In this document: positions 30,289 through 45,744 of the stretch, one piece after another | How positions within the stretch are numbered: the first letter of the stretch is position 1 | Layout of the letters: each line of letters opens with the position of its first letter | Source of the DNA: the human T2T-CHM13v2.0 reference genome, Homo sapiens | Direction: 5' to 3' (one strand) | Assembly (NCBI RefSeq): GCF_009914755.1 | Contig: NC_060929.1 | Length of the DNA: 64,000 nt | Translations under genes and position numbers: made by a program | The notes under the pieces: generated by a model | Told to the model about the DNA's origin: nothing | What the model saw: only the letters and a program-made list of their open reading frames with translations | The model's database searches: none

Positions 30289-31539
30289 GAAAATTTGGCT
30301 TTCTTCTTATCAATGCTTTGTGGGGACCAGCCTTAGGAAACGGTTGGCCTCCCTTCTTCCAGCCTCTCTTGTCACTGCCTGGAACTAATCTGGATCTTTT
30401 GGTCCATCTTGGATGTACCTCCAGGCCACAGGCCCAAACTAAGGCTGAGGTACTTTAAAGGAGCAATGGGAGGTTTGGTGCCAATGGCTCAGATAAATAT
30501 TTTCTCAGACTAAGTCACTTATACTGCATGAATTCCATGGATGAGACAGCCTCTGAGCTCTTCCTCTGGAGAGTTGCCTAGCATTTCCACCTTGCAAACA
30601 GATAAGCTTTTCCTCTGAAGTCAGGGCTGCTGAGGAACATCTATTTCTCCAGGTGTTATAAGGATAGGAAACCCCTGTAGAAGAAAATGCAACGTTGATA
30701 TACAGAGGGAGGGAGCAGCAATTTGCACCTAAAATGTTTTTAGTCAGTTAAGGCCAAGCTATGGCTTTGGGCTCATAGGAGGAACAATTCCCCAGATATG
30801 GTAGACATAGAGATTTGTCAGACAATTTATGTGCAGGTTTAAAAATATCCTATGTGAAATACAAATAAAAAAGATAGTAACTGCTGTGCCACAAGTGGTC
30901 TGGTCTACTCTTGTGAAAATGACCATTAGGCTACACTGAATTTTCTTTGTGATTGATTTCCATCAGACCATAACTAGCTACAAAAGTGTGACCGAAGGAT
31001 GTTTCTTTCTGAAAACAATGTCTACCGTTTTAATGATTTCCAAGCACATCTTTCTCCATGAAACTTCTAATCTCTTTAAATTGCTAGTGAAAGGGGTTTT
31101 AAAACATCTAGTTACTGATTCCTGCTTCTTAGAGCTGTAATTCAAAGAGGAGCAGTGCCTCTGATCACTTAGAAGAGACTTTGAGAAGTACCTCTACAAA
31201 GACATCTTAAAGTAAACAGAGCAATCTTACTCTGGTCTCTGTCTGTCACTGAGGCATACGTGTGGGAGGACTGATGGCAAACAGCACGGAGCTGATTTCA
31301 GTTACAAATAATTTAATCGTTTCTTCTTTCAAGGGGAAGCCAAACAAGGTTCTCCGGAATTTTCTCTGTCTATCAACAAAATGATCTGGTCATCTATGTT
31401 CTTTCATTTCAAAAACTGGGACATATTCCAGACTCTGTGGTCTGTCCAGAAATCCCAAAAAATGAGTCCAAGAATCTGAGTCAGGTGTTAGCACCGACCA
31501 ATTTGTTGGCCTCAGGGTTTTCATTAAAAAGGCAATATG

Positions 31540-31681
31540 GGCTGGGTGCGGTGGCTCACACCCGTAATCCCAGCACTCTGGGAGGCCTAGGGAGGAGGAT
31601 TGCCTGAGACCATGAGTTTGAGACCAGTGTGGGCAACACAGTAAGATGCCCCCCACCCCCTATCTCTACAAAAAGAAAAAA
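31540..31681 (+). mobile_element. FLAM/left Alu monomer
   Basis: Single left monomer followed by an A-rich tail. Confidence 0.8.
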
Positions 31682-31954
31682 GTCAGTATGTTTAAATATC
31701 ACTCTGACAACCAATTCTAAACACTTTTGGCTCTATTCAACCTAAAGATTGATATTTGACCATATAGATTAATAGTTCTCATTGTCTGCACTTCAGAAAC
31801 ACTGAAGACCTTAATAAAGAAAAGAAAAACGAAGGGAAGAGAATAATATAGATACATAATGAAAAAAATTCAATCCACACAAAAAAGTATACAGTGAATT
31901 AATGCTCTCTCCCATCCAAGCTTCAGTTTTCCAGTCTCTAACTCTCTTTCAACT

Positions 31955-32080
31955 GGGATTAAAAAACATACAGATGCCCAAACCTCCCCTCATTCCCACT
32001 GGGTCAGTATCCTCTGGCATGGGTACTTCTGGTAAGTTCCCTGGGTGATCCTATTGCCCAATCAGATTAAGAACCACTGA
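31955..32080. mobile_element. MER5-family DNA transposon fragment
   Basis: AAGTTCCCTGGGTGATCCTA...TTAAGAACCACTG terminus. Confidence 0.6.
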
Positions 32081-32405
32081 CTTTGATGGTGTGGCAGAAT
32101 TCCTGGACCTCATGCTGGTGGGAACAGTATAAGATGCGTGGGTCTGGGGACTCACTGAGTATCAGACTTTAGAATTGGAGAACCCTTATTATGTGCACTT
32201 GTTAGGGTGAAAAGGTTTTGTGGTACTTGCTTAAGAGGCAGTCAAGACAAAACAACACTACAACAAAACAAACTTATGACTTGGGATGTAAGAAAAATCA
32301 CTAGATATGACTTTACCAATACTTCGTTGTATGACATTGCCATCACATTGGAAAACTTAGGAGGCTGAAGTAAATGAAAGTGTAATGTTTACCTTGCTAA
32401 TATTC

Positions 32406-32955
32406 TGTAGTGTAAAAGGTAGATGACCTACCCTGGATCAATCTATACTTTTTTCCTAACACTACCTGGTTTTGTTCAGGTACCTAAGCCCTCTGACATA
32501 GCCCAAAAACTTCAAGGGAAGCTGACTCCCACATGGCCTATGGGTGAGGCGGATTGATTGAGGGATAAGTCCTTTTCTCTTTAGGAATGGGTATATGATC
32601 CAGTTCCAGAAAATATAAGATGCTGACAGATTTGTAGGAAGTTTCTGAAACTATGAGGATCTAGTTCCTCCCTCCCACCAAATGTGAACAAGAAAGCACC
32701 AGAACTCTGACTGGTACTGTGGCCATTCTGTGATTAACGTGGAGTGGACTTTAGTACTGGGCTTTCACTCTGAAGGCAGAGTGAACAGACTAATAGAACC
32801 CAGACCCAGGTCGATGTATTGAACGATGTCATCCAACAATGCTGAAGCCCTCACTATATCTGGACTTTCTGATAGATGAGCCAATAAATCTATTGTTTAA
32901 ACAATTCTGAGCTTAGTTTTCTGTTACTTGAAGCTGAAATCCACCTCAGTAATCC
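32406..32955 (+). mobile_element. MLT1-family LTR, old
   Basis: 3' signature TGGACTTTC...TGAGCCAATAAATC...TTTTCTGTTACTTG.AGCTGAAA; boundaries approximate. Confidence 0.6.
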
Positions 32956-34893
32956 GTCTTATTTAAGTCTAAATCCCTCACTCAAGGTCTTAATTCATTC
33001 CCTGCTTTCAGGTATCTTTCATTAGCTTCTTGGCAATTTACCTTGTTTTTATGTTTTTTTTTTTTTTTTTCAGTTTTATGACCTCCACTCACCCTGATAA
33101 CTTAGTGACTACTAATCTGCCATTTTTATCATCTCTTCTCTGCCTACTCTTGGCCCATCACAAATTAGCATTTAGACGCGTTGAAGTTTACGTGTATATA
33201 TCTATATAGCTCTTGTTCACAGTAAGGGGATACTTTACTAGTGACAAGTGGAGAGGAAGCTAATGTACAGTCAGTCACCCATTTTAGAAATCTAAATTGG
33301 AAATTGTAAAAGAAATTTCCAATGTCCACTTCCTAGCTTTAATTAAGTAAAGGACCATTTGAATCCTGATGCTAAAGGATCAAGAAATAGATTATTTCAT
33401 GCAGAATGTAAAAGTTCTTTCTTCTTACCTTGGGGAACTGATTTTATAGGAATTCAGGGGAAGGAAGGGAGGGAGGGAGGGGAAAATCCATTTTTTTCCT
33501 AGTTTTACATCTCAGGGCGTTTTCACGTATAACTTCAGTTAAGTCTTACAACAAGTCTGCAAGGTAAGTAACTTTTATCTCCACTTTATGTTTGGGGGCA
33601 ACTGAAGCTTAAATAAATAATGTTCTCAAGGCCACTCAAATGTGTGTCAGAGCCAGATTTACACCAAGGACTGTAAGACTCCAGAGTCATATATTCTCTA
33701 CAACTTAAACCTCATCAGCTCTTTGCCCTATCCCTGGCAAGTTTTTCTGACTTTTGCAGTCTTCTCCAGTGGTCTCTTTACTGAGCAAGTGGTCAGTGTC
33801 ATGGCGACGGCCTTCTAGCTTTGGGCTGCTTGTGGCTTCCATTCCTGGGTAGTTCTGCCCTTCTCCTCAGGCCCTTGGAAGCCAGTGATAACGCCCGGCT
33901 GCTTCTCTCCCAGGCAACTCTGGTAAATACAAGGTCACTGAATAAATGGCTGGTTCCCATCAAATATTTCCCTGACTTGATTCCCCTACCATACTTCGGT
34001 GGTCTTGTGGTCGCCACATATGAAATTATAGCCCTGGTTATAGTCACCAACCTGGTCTTGTGGATCGTTGCAATTGATTGAATTGTTCACAAATACCCAC
34101 TACTTGTTTTTATGCTGCATATTTTCTCTGTTTTCTCTTAAGTAATATGTCTCAGCTCTTAGTGAAACCTGCCACAGTGCCCAGGAACACACATTTATAT
34201 ACTCTCTGACATGTCAAGCTTAAAGTATGATGAATCACCCTGAGCAGGCTGGGGTGGCTCTCTTTTTAGAATTATTCCCAACCACGACATCAGAACACTG
34301 TAATAATATGGAGAGAAAGTGGATGGGAAGAAGCATTGACAACAAGGAAAGAAAGAAGGGAGGGAGGGAGGGAAACAGATCTGGAATGGTTGAACCTATA
34401 GAACTGCTGATACGATTTTATCAATTCTATTTACATAGACATTGTTTTGGCTCAGTGATGTCAATATCAGTACTTCTGAAAATTATATTTAGAGGGTAAC
34501 AATGTAACGAGATCTAGACATCAACTCAAAGATAAAAGCAGAATTTTCTTTTGGAGTTGCCAGGGGGCATCTGGCCATTCTTATTGAAAAAAGCAATGTC
34601 CTGATTTTCTTATTTCTCTCCCACTACTTTACCACCCCCAGTAGTTTGAGGGACATGGGGAAGGAAGAGCACAGATCTCCACATTTCTTGAATGTTTCTC
34701 ATATGCTAGGAATGTTCATGTCTGTGAATTCATTTGATCATCACAAAAACTGTTCAGTGAAGGTAGGTGAAAATTATTATCCCTGTTTTTTGTCCTTAAG
34801 ATAAGGGAGGCACATAGAAATTGAGTAATGTTCCCTACCATTGCTAGTGAGTGACTAAGTGGAGACTTGGACCTCCTCTTGTACCAGGCCCTT

Positions 34894-35257
34894 TGATATG
34901 GTTTGGCTGTGTCCCCACCCAAATCTCATCTTGACTGTAGCTGCCATAATCCCCACATGTTGTGGGAGGGATCAGGTGGGAGGTAATTGAATCATGGGAG
35001 TGGGTCTTTCCTATGCTGTTCTCATGATAGCGAATAAATCTCATGAGATCTGATGGTTTTATAAAGGTGACTTCCCCTGCACAGGCTCTCTTGCCTGCCG
35101 CCACGTAAGACATGCCTTTGCCCCTCCTTCACCTTCTGCCATGATTGTGAGGCCTCCTCAGCCATGTGAAACTGTGAATTCATTAAATCTCTTTCTCTTT
35201 ATAAATTACCTAGTCTCAGGTATGTCTTTATTAGCAGCATGAGAACAGACTAACACA
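34894..35257 (+). mobile_element. THE1-family (THE1B-like) MaLR solo LTR
   Basis: TGATATGGTTTGGCTGTGTCCCCACCCAAATCTCATC ... AACAGACTAACACA; perfect 5-bp TSD CCCTT. Confidence 0.92.
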
Positions 35258-35311
35258 CCCTTCACGTGCATTGTCTCATTTAATTTACACAACACTTTGA
35301 TGAGGTAGGTA

Positions 35312-36080
<769 letters not shown>

Positions 36081-37269
36081 GAGGAGGTCAGGAAATCGTA
36101 CGCTTAAGTTCACAGCTATGTGGCTAAGAATCTAATTACTACCCTTGTTTATTTGATACTAAGTCTTGTTTATAACCACTTCAGAGACAACCCTGGGGAT
36201 ACACAGAGTTAAGTCGTGGGCTTTGCATGGGGCTCAAAGATTTGCAATAATAGTTAGAAAGGAGAGCTAGAATAACAGTTAACTAAAATTAATGTGGCTC
36301 TATTTGAGGGCCCCCCACCTAGCAAGTGTGGTAGTGTGGAAATGATAAAAACTGCATGAAGATCTTTGGTGAAACAATCAAAGCTGAAGAACCATGTCTT
36401 AGGGGACTCTATTGGGAAAGGGATTAATGTAATGGAGACTATGACAAGATACTGTGATGGCATAGAACTTAATGCTAAGGCAATAAAGTGAGAAGCTCCC
36501 AAGAATTCACAGGCTTAGAAAATAAATACAAGAGTAGAAGATTTTAAATGAATTAGTGAACACAACATTCTTGGATATTCTTAAGCATTTAAGAAGATCG
36601 ATAAAAATTAGGAATTACTTTTTTGCACTGTGCTTCTTTAGTGGAGATACATTTGCAAAACTGGTCTTAATTTTAGTCATTGATTTGTAAATATTATACA
36701 CGGATTATATAGAACTTAGTAGAAATTTCTAGCCGTTCTGCTGTAAGTTTTCTACCCTCTTTCCCAAATCTTGGGAAGAAAAATCATGATTCAGAAATTA
36801 GGAGAAAGAATCAAAGAAAGGTCAGAAAAGGTGGAGGGGAGGAGAGGGCATCGAACCAATCTAGCTAATGAAAAACACAGACAAGAAATATGATAACATG
36901 GAAATCAGATTTACAATGGTGAATTAAGTCTAAAATTCAAAAGCAGTCTTTACAGTCACTTGCGAAACATTTTTCTTTGATTTCCTTACAAACTTCCTTC
37001 TGTTGATAAATTGCAGCATTTTCACCATGGAATGGTTAAGCACTACATTTGGGGCATCCATCACTGAGCGAATCATCCAAATCTAACAAAATGAACATTG
37101 TGGTAGTGCTGCTGCAATTCTAATGCCCTGGGAGTCTTCAAGGTGCTCCAGAGAAAGAAAAGGAAAAACTCTGTTGTCAAATGTTTGGAATCAATTAAAT
37201 CAAAGTAAGACGATCTTGGATTGTATTTATGAAGTCATAAAAACATTTTATCAAAACAGTCATCTAGAG

Positions 37270-37965
37270 AGTACTCAAGAAACTAAAAATAGAACTACCA
37301 TATGATCCAGCAATCCCACCTGTGAGTACATATCCAAAAGAAGTGAAATCAATATATTGAGGCAACATCTGCACACCTAAGTTCATTGTAGCATTATTCA
37401 CAATAGCCAGGATATGGAAATGACCTAGTGTCCATCAGTGGATGAATGGATAAGGAAAATGTGGTATATACACACAATGAAATACTACTCAGCCTTAAAA
37501 AAAAAGGGGGGGGGGGATATCCTGTCATTTGCAACAACATGGATGAATCTAGAGGACATTATGCTAAGTGAAATAAGCCAGGCACAGAAAGACAAATACT
37601 GTATGATCTCACTTATATGTGGGATCCAATAAAGTTGAACTATGGTTACCAGCGGCTGGGGTGGGGTAAAAGGATGGGAATGGAGGAAATGTGGAATTGT
37701 TAATTAAAGGGTACAAAGTTTCAGAGAGACAGGGAAGTTAGGTTTTGAGATCTATTGCACAGCAGGGTGACTCTAGTTAATAATAACTAGGAGAGTAAAT
37801 TTCATACGTCTCACCATAAAAAATGATAGGGAAGGTAGATGATGGATATGTGAATCAGTTTGATTTAATCATGCCATGTTGTGTACATATATCAAAACAT
37901 CACATTGTACCCCATAAATGTGCACAATTATGATTTGTGAATCAAAATAATTTTAATACTAAATT
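37270..37965 (+). mobile_element. Old L1 (L1MA/L1MB-type) 3' end
   Basis: AATAGAACTACCATATGATCCAGCAATCCCAC, GATGAATGGATAAGGAAAATGTGG, GCTAAGTGAAATAAGCCAGGCACAGAAAGAC. Confidence 0.9.
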
Positions 37966-40350
37966 TTTAAATTTCTTCAGGTACCTCAGAAAGGACTCTC
38001 TTTCATTAAGAAGTATAGAAAGTGTTTATATATATGTGTCTACTTATGAGGCTAAGAGGGAAAATGTGTTTTTATTTAAGCCTGCCGTTTAAACAATGGA
38101 GAGAATAGGCCATCCATTAAGAGTTTGATCCCATCCAACTAGCATCATGTATGAGAACTTATTTGTCCCTTTCACATTTATACTCTAGCCCTGATTTTGC
38201 TTGGCAACTTACTGGAGAATTTTCAGTATCTTGAAAGCTCCTTAGTATTTTGAGAATGGCACTGAATTGTTTCCCTTGTAACAGATTTAGCAAGTGAAAA
38301 ATGGAGGGTTTTTTTTCCCCTCATTTTCAGACATAATCTTGGCAGAATGTTTAAAAGAAAGATAAACAAAATGTCAGGAACACTTACAAAAGAACACTGC
38401 AACAGAGATGCAAGAGGTGGCAGGGAACAGAATAAATGGATATTGTCATACAGATGGCAGCTGCTGCTAGATTGTCCAATACAGTGATATTTAGTTTTCT
38501 TCCATGGACACTGAACTCGTTTCAAATAGCCCTGACACGGCAAAAGTGGAAAGGAAGCGCCTTTCCTTTTCTTCTCTGCCACATGGGGTAAGTCATAAAG
38601 TCATTCTTGGTACCACGGACTCATCTATTTCCAGAGAGGTTATGAGTGTAAGTGGGAGAATAAATGTTTAGCTTCCCAAATCACCTTGTTCCCTGGGAGG
38701 TTTCATCAAACCTAGCAGAATCTGTATGGATGCTCCAAATCTGTCTGTTCTAAGCACCCACAGATGTTTTCTCTTGGCACTCATAATAAGGATCTAGGAT
38801 TAAATGTTACCATTTAATAATTAATTCCATTCAAACTCTCCCTCCCTTCTGTTGAAGGCTGGCACTCTGGTATAACTGCTGATGTGCTGACATCCTGGAA
38901 CACCCGAAGTGCTGATTTCCATGCTATTTGTAACATTATATTCAGGATAAAAGTACTTTAATTTCCCAAGATGTAGTATTGTAGTTTTCATAAACTGGAC
39001 CATATGCTGGGATGTGTTCATACACCTGCAGTTAGTTACATTTATATGTAAAAGTTGTCAGTTGATTTCTTTCAAAGAAATTGAGAATGTGGATTCTCTA
39101 ACATTCTCCTAAATTATTTTCAATGTGAAATCCCTATGCCTTTATTAGACATATAATATGTTATCACAGAATTATACAAGACTCCTGTTTCTGAATCAGG
39201 AATCATCGTCCTCTTTTAAATCACACTACACATCTATAAAATTTTAACATTTGAGGAATCTGAGTGAGAGGTATCCATATAGTCTTTATATTATTTTCTC
39301 AACTTTTTGGTAATTCTGAAGTTATTTCAACACAAATCATTAAAAAATTACACTAAATATATGAAGTAGCTTGGTATATTCTTTTAAAATAAAACATCTT
39401 CTGTTTTATCTAAAAAAATCTGTCATTTTATATACAGAAAACATGTAGTTTAAAGGTTCTACCCCGCTACCTATAGAAACATAAAGTAACAGATATGTTT
39501 GTTGTGTAACTAACAAGGTCACAGGCTGTTCAGCTGCTGGAGCAAACTCGATTAAGCCCGTGATAATCTTTTGAAAGATTGTAATTTATCTCCATATGAA
39601 GGGCATTATCTTAGTTCTTCAGCTATCACAGGGAGCAAGGGTAACAAATATTCAGTGATGAATTTTTGAAAGCTGTAGTCAGATCTTGTTCTCTTAAACC
39701 CTTCTAAAGGGCTGTCAAAAGGCAATGAAATAAAAATTGTCAAATTTATCCACAGACTTACATAATGGCTGTTATCTGAGAAAGTGGTTTATGATTCATA
39801 CAGTCACTACCTTTACTTAAGCAATTTCTTGTTTGTGTTAGATTGAAAACAATCTGTTCCCATTGCTCACGTGGGAGAGATTACCACAAAAGGCTCTTGT
39901 TTACTTGCAATAAGAAGCTATGAGACACAAAATCCATGAAGAGGGGATCTATACTCTCAAAACAGTGTGGTACTTTCATTAAGGGTCAGCATTATTGACC
40001 ACCTTTTTACCGTGTTTTCTTGATTTAAATGTAGATTTTGGAGTCTACAAGTAGCTTTGAATATTTGAAATGGATTTTGAAACTAATTTTTAAGGAGGAC
40101 GAGAGGAAAATAACTGATTTAGTATCTTCTGCATGGTAGGGGCTCTGCTTGGTAAACAGGTTATTTTTATTGAATTTTGCGAACAACCCCCATGAGGTAT
40201 ATATGATTTACATCTTACAAATAAGCACATTAAACACGGAAGCTGAAGTACACAGCACCCATTCACATTGTGAAGTCATTGAGAATTGAATTGGGGAAAT
40301 ATTCACCACAAAGATAAATCTTTCCACTACTATCTATGCTTGCAACTGTT

Positions 40351-40777
40351 TGTATTTTCTTCCACTTTCTGTTGCTTATAACAGAATACCTGAAACTAGG
40401 TAAATTATAAAGAAAATGAATTTATTTCTTATAATTATGGAGGCCAAGAAGTCCAAGATCTAGGGGCTGCACCTGGCGAGAGCCTTCTTGCTGCTAGGAC
40501 TCTCTACAGAGTCCCCAGGTGGTGCAGGGCATCACATGGTGAGGCGGCTGAGCATGCTAGCTCAGGTCTCTCTTCCTCTTTTTATAAAGCCACCAGTCCC
40601 ACTCCAGTGATAACCCATTAATCCATGAACCCATTAATCCATACATAGATTAATCCATTAAGGATGGCAGAGCCCTTATAACCCAATCAACTTAAAATTT
40701 CCACCTGTCAATACTGCCACATTGGGAATTAAATTTCCATGTGGGTTTTAGAGGGGATAAATGTTCAAACCCTAGCA
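40351..40777 (-). mobile_element. MST-family (MSTC/D-like) MaLR solo LTR
   Basis: ATAACAGAATACCTGAAACTAGGTAA...GAAGTCCAAG...CCCATTAATCCAT...TTCAAACCCTAGCA. Confidence 0.8.
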
Positions 40778-41433
40778 GTTTTAAAAATGTTTTTGTACAA
40801 TTTTGTCCGATCATTTGCTCAAGTGAGTGATTTTTTTCCCATCTATGCTGAGAACAGTTTCTTTGAGGTGCAATATTGCTATGATGTAGATATTCAAGTG
40901 GCCTGAAAAGCCTCAGTAACACTCAGTAAGTGTGGCCTCACTGATTCTCAAAAGAGTAAAATAAAAGTGGGGGATGGGGAGGGAGAAGAGGAACTGATAG
41001 GCCATTCCAGTGTCTTGTGTATTTAGAATGCACAGACCCACTAGCTTTAAAATATTACTTTATGTAACTTAACTTTTTGCTAGTTAGACTTGGGAAGGGT
41101 GATGAGAGAGATGGAGTATGGCAAGAGTAGTGTAAGAGACATACAATTCAACTTTCTGTAAAAAAGTAAATGCATAATCTTTATACATGGTTTTTCAGTT
41201 GTCTGTAAAGCCAACCACATAATTAGGCCAAGTTATTTGAGCACAGGAGAGAGACCAAGACTACCTTGTATTTTTGATAGACTTGGTTTAACTTAAAAAT
41301 GGAGAATGACTAAGACAGGCTTATAAACATTAAAGTAATTTAGAAACTTACATATTTACAAATTAAATGCTTTTACCCACAAAATATCAAATGCAGCATA
41401 ATTATGCTATTCATAAGATAGTAATAGGATTAA

Positions 41434-41729
41434 ATTTTTTTTTTTTTTGAGACAGAGTCTCACTCTGTCACCCAGGTTGGAGTGCAATGGCATGATCTTG
41501 GCTCACTGCAACCTCCGTCTCCCAGGTTCAAGTGATACTCTTGCCTCAGCCTCCTGAATAGCTGGGATTACAGGTGCGTGCCACCACGCCGGGCTACTTT
41601 TTATATTTTTAGTAGAGATGGGTTTTCACCATGTTGGCCAAGCTGGTCTTGAACTCCTGACCTCGTGATCTGTCCACCTTGGCTGCCAAAAGTGCTGGGA
41701 TTACAAGGCATGAGCCACTGAGCCTGGCC
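41434..41729 (-). mobile_element. Alu (AluS-type)
   Basis: Poly-T plus Alu consensus. Confidence 0.95.
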
Positions 41730-41902
41730 TAAAAATATTTTTATTTGTAATGTAGTACAGGTGGTGTGGTCTAGTAATAAGAAGTAAGCTTGAAGTAGGG
41801 TACTAGTCACACAATTGTGTACATTTGTCAAAATTTATAAAATTGTGTACTTCAAAAGGGTAAATTATTTCTTGATGTAAATTTTACTTCAATAAACCAG
41901 AC

Positions 41903-42126
41903 TTTTCTCTTTTTTTTTGAGACGGAGTTTCGCGATTCTTGTGCCTCAGCCTCCCGAGTAGCTGGGATTACAGGCGCCCGCCACTACACCTGGCTAATTT
42001 TCTTTGTATTTTTAGTAGAGATGGGGTTTCTCCATGTTGGCCAGGCTGTTCTGGAACTCCTGACCTCAGGTGATCTGCCCACCTCAGCCTCCCAAAGTGC
42101 TGGGATTACAGGTTGAGCCACGCCTG
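41903..42126 (-). mobile_element. Alu with internal deletion in the right monomer
   Basis: GACGGAGTTTCGC joined to GATTCTTGTGCCTCAGC. Confidence 0.85.
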
Positions 42127-43156
42127 CTTTCTAAGGCCCTAAAGATCTTCATGAATATTGGTGGCATTATTTTGTGTTGGTCAATTCCATGAGAGGGTCT
42201 ACACTGGATCTTCTAAACTTCTTAGATCCTCTTTCATCTTGAGAGTAGTTATAGAGGTTCTCTAGAAGCTCAGCTTTTTGGTGGCAGCTTTTTGGGGCAT
42301 AATCTTCACTAAATACAAGAACATTTCTACCTTGGGCCTATCCTGAAAAAAATGAGGGGCAAAGCTGACCTACCTGGAAAAGCATATTTGTTCAATTATT
42401 GTTCCTTTTGCTTAGAGAGGAACAATTGCTTTTCAGATTCATTTCTTCTGTGGATAGACACAATTTTAGAGTTAATTACTCTTCAAAATAAAGTTCAGAC
42501 TCTCAAAAACAAATCTTACTAAATCCGTAGTAAAAACAATGTTACTATACTTGAAGCCTTTGACAGAGCGATAGATACATAAATTTTCCTTTAGACTAGA
42601 GAAGTATTTACAGTCTCTTAACTAGTTATTCTTATTCCTAATTATGGATTTATTTTATTATATGAAATTCATTTGCAAACTAATTGTATAGAACTAACAA
42701 AATATCCCAGACATTATGGATTTCTTCAGTTGTTTAAATTTCAGTTTATAAATTTGGTAATAAGTCAGTCCTTGTGTCATATATAAAAATAGAGTAAGCT
42801 ATATTATCACATTTCTCCAGAAAATTGGCTGAAGTCTGTTATCAGTCAGTTAAAATAAAAATGCACAAGTATGTGGAAATACCATTCTTTTCTATGAAAT
42901 TTAGCCAACCTTAGAAATAATTACATAATGTTAATGGACCACGAAATTTCTAAAATCCTCTAAAGTTTCACCTAGATGATTTTGGTACTTATCTCTGGTA
43001 GGGATGCCCTGCTCTTTTTCTATATCAGAGGGATTTTATTGAGTTTCCTCTTTTTTTTTGTTTTTTGGGTCAGGTATGATGATAGGGCTGGCCTGAACCA
43101 GCTTGTTCATTAGTAATTTCTCCAGTGGGAGAAATCTGTAGGGCTACTACGTAGAC

Positions 43157-43570
43157 CAGGAGCATGCCAACTAGTGCAATGGATTGTTCCTACGAACTGA
43201 TTTTCCATTTTTAGGATTTTGGTGAGCTGATTGTTAAACACAGTCATTCTTCAAAATTAGATTATGCAAGTTTTAAATTAAATAAATGATGTTAAAACAA
43301 AGATAATATATTAAAATCGACCACCTCTTAATTATTTCCATGTTCTTGAGGTTATCTCCATCTATTGTAAGTGTATGATAGAAATGTAATATAATGGTGT
43401 ACTGCTTCATCTTTCCCCAACTCTGTGTGCAATGACATTGCCTTGGTAGCTTGAAACTGACCATCATAGATGGGAAATCAGCAACACAAAAACTCGAACT
43501 GTCTATCCTCCCACACTGTAAACATCTATCCTTTCTTGTCCCCAAGGGCTGTTAGCATTTACCAGCACAT
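43157..43570. mobile_element. MER63-like hAT DNA transposon
   Basis: GAGCTGATTGTTAAACACAGTCATT, GGTAGCTTGAAACTGACCAT, GTTAGCATTTACCAGCACA. Confidence 0.65.
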
Positions 43571-44253
43571 TTAACAGCTTTCTATTTAAAGCTAATGGGA
43601 CAAAAAAAACAAAACAAGCAAAACCACACACACACACACACAAACCCCCAGGATATCTAAGCCCTATGACTGTAACCTCTCCTACCCATACTACTGAATA
43701 TAGTTAGTAGGTATTATCATTACACAACTCTATTTATAGAAACTATCCATTCATCCATCCCTTCATTTATTCAATATCTACTTAGTGTTGTTATGTAAAG
43801 TGTTGTGCTAAGCATTGCTGTAATGGGGGTGGGAGGTAAGTAGATACTATACAACTCAACAAAGAAACTGTTGAGTAATGGAAAGAACACGAGCTTTGGA
43901 TTCAGAAGGATCTGGCATATGAATACAACCAGTTAGAGTGACCAAGAACTCTGCATTGGAACATTTGGTCATGCTGCAACTATAATACTGAACAGTTTTG
44001 AAAACTTGGGCTAGTTACTTTGCATCTCTGAAACAGTTTTACCATGTGCGGGAAAAAGCCATTTTTTAAGAGCCTTTGTGAGGATTAGGATTATATATGG
44101 GCACCCTGTTTAGGACAGTGCCTACATAGGTAGGCAGTTAGGACAGTGCCTTACATATGTAATATGCTCAATGAATGAGAGCTTTCAGAATTAGTCACAA
44201 TAAAATCCAATATAAAATAGGCAAAGAACACTTTTGCAGGAGTTGAGATATAA

Positions 44254-44510
<257 letters not shown>

Positions 44511-45153
44511 GTATCTTGCCCATTATCAAACTATTTCTTGCTGCCATATTCTTTTCTAGTATTTGACATCTTGATTTTCAGAACCTGGTCAATCTTACCA
44601 TAAAAACCTAGCTGCCATTTCACACCTCTGCTCTGACTGGCTCAAGGCCTGCTCTTCTTTAATGCCTATAGCTGGGCAGAATGAAGCAGGTATTTAAATA
44701 CTGATCTCTAAATATTTTAATAGAATGATGTATGTGTTCAGCTTATCTATTAGTGGGGTAAATTGTAATGCGAGAAGAGAAAATCAAGTTACAATACCTA
44801 CATTGCAGATTTTCAGTGAGGCTTAAAAGGCATGAAAAATTCCCTAATGTTAGTAAATACTCAAGAAATGCTGGTTAATATTTCTACTTCTGGTCAATTG
44901 CTTTCCAAGTCGAAACAGCTGATAAAATTCTATACATTATACATTATGTTATTCATATTATGAAAATGTTAAGTCTTTCATTTCACAATATTATTAGCCA
45001 AGAGAATAAAGGTTTGTAGTGACTTAAAGATCTTGAAAAGCGACATACTGTTTTGTTTAAGAGGGAGGAAAAAGTCCACATAGAAGGTGATTAAAAAATA
45101 CCCACATTGATCATCAATCAAACCATAAAGGGAATATAAGAAGAGCATCACTC

Positions 45154-45574
<421 letters not shown>

Positions 45575-45744
45575 TCAAGAAAAGCTTAAATTGTTCACCT
45601 TCCCCTTCCTTCAGGGGAATTACTCTTATTATTCTTATTTTGTGTCTTGATACCATAATGCTGTGATCATAGATGCTGAATGATCACTCCTTTTTGGGGA
45701 AAAATGTGAGGAAACTGAATGGCTCCCTGGAGAAACCCTTTGGT

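Noticed and set aside
40612-40660. Triple ATTAATCCAT repeat as a homeodomain-site array
   Set aside because: An intrinsic feature of MST-family LTR sequence
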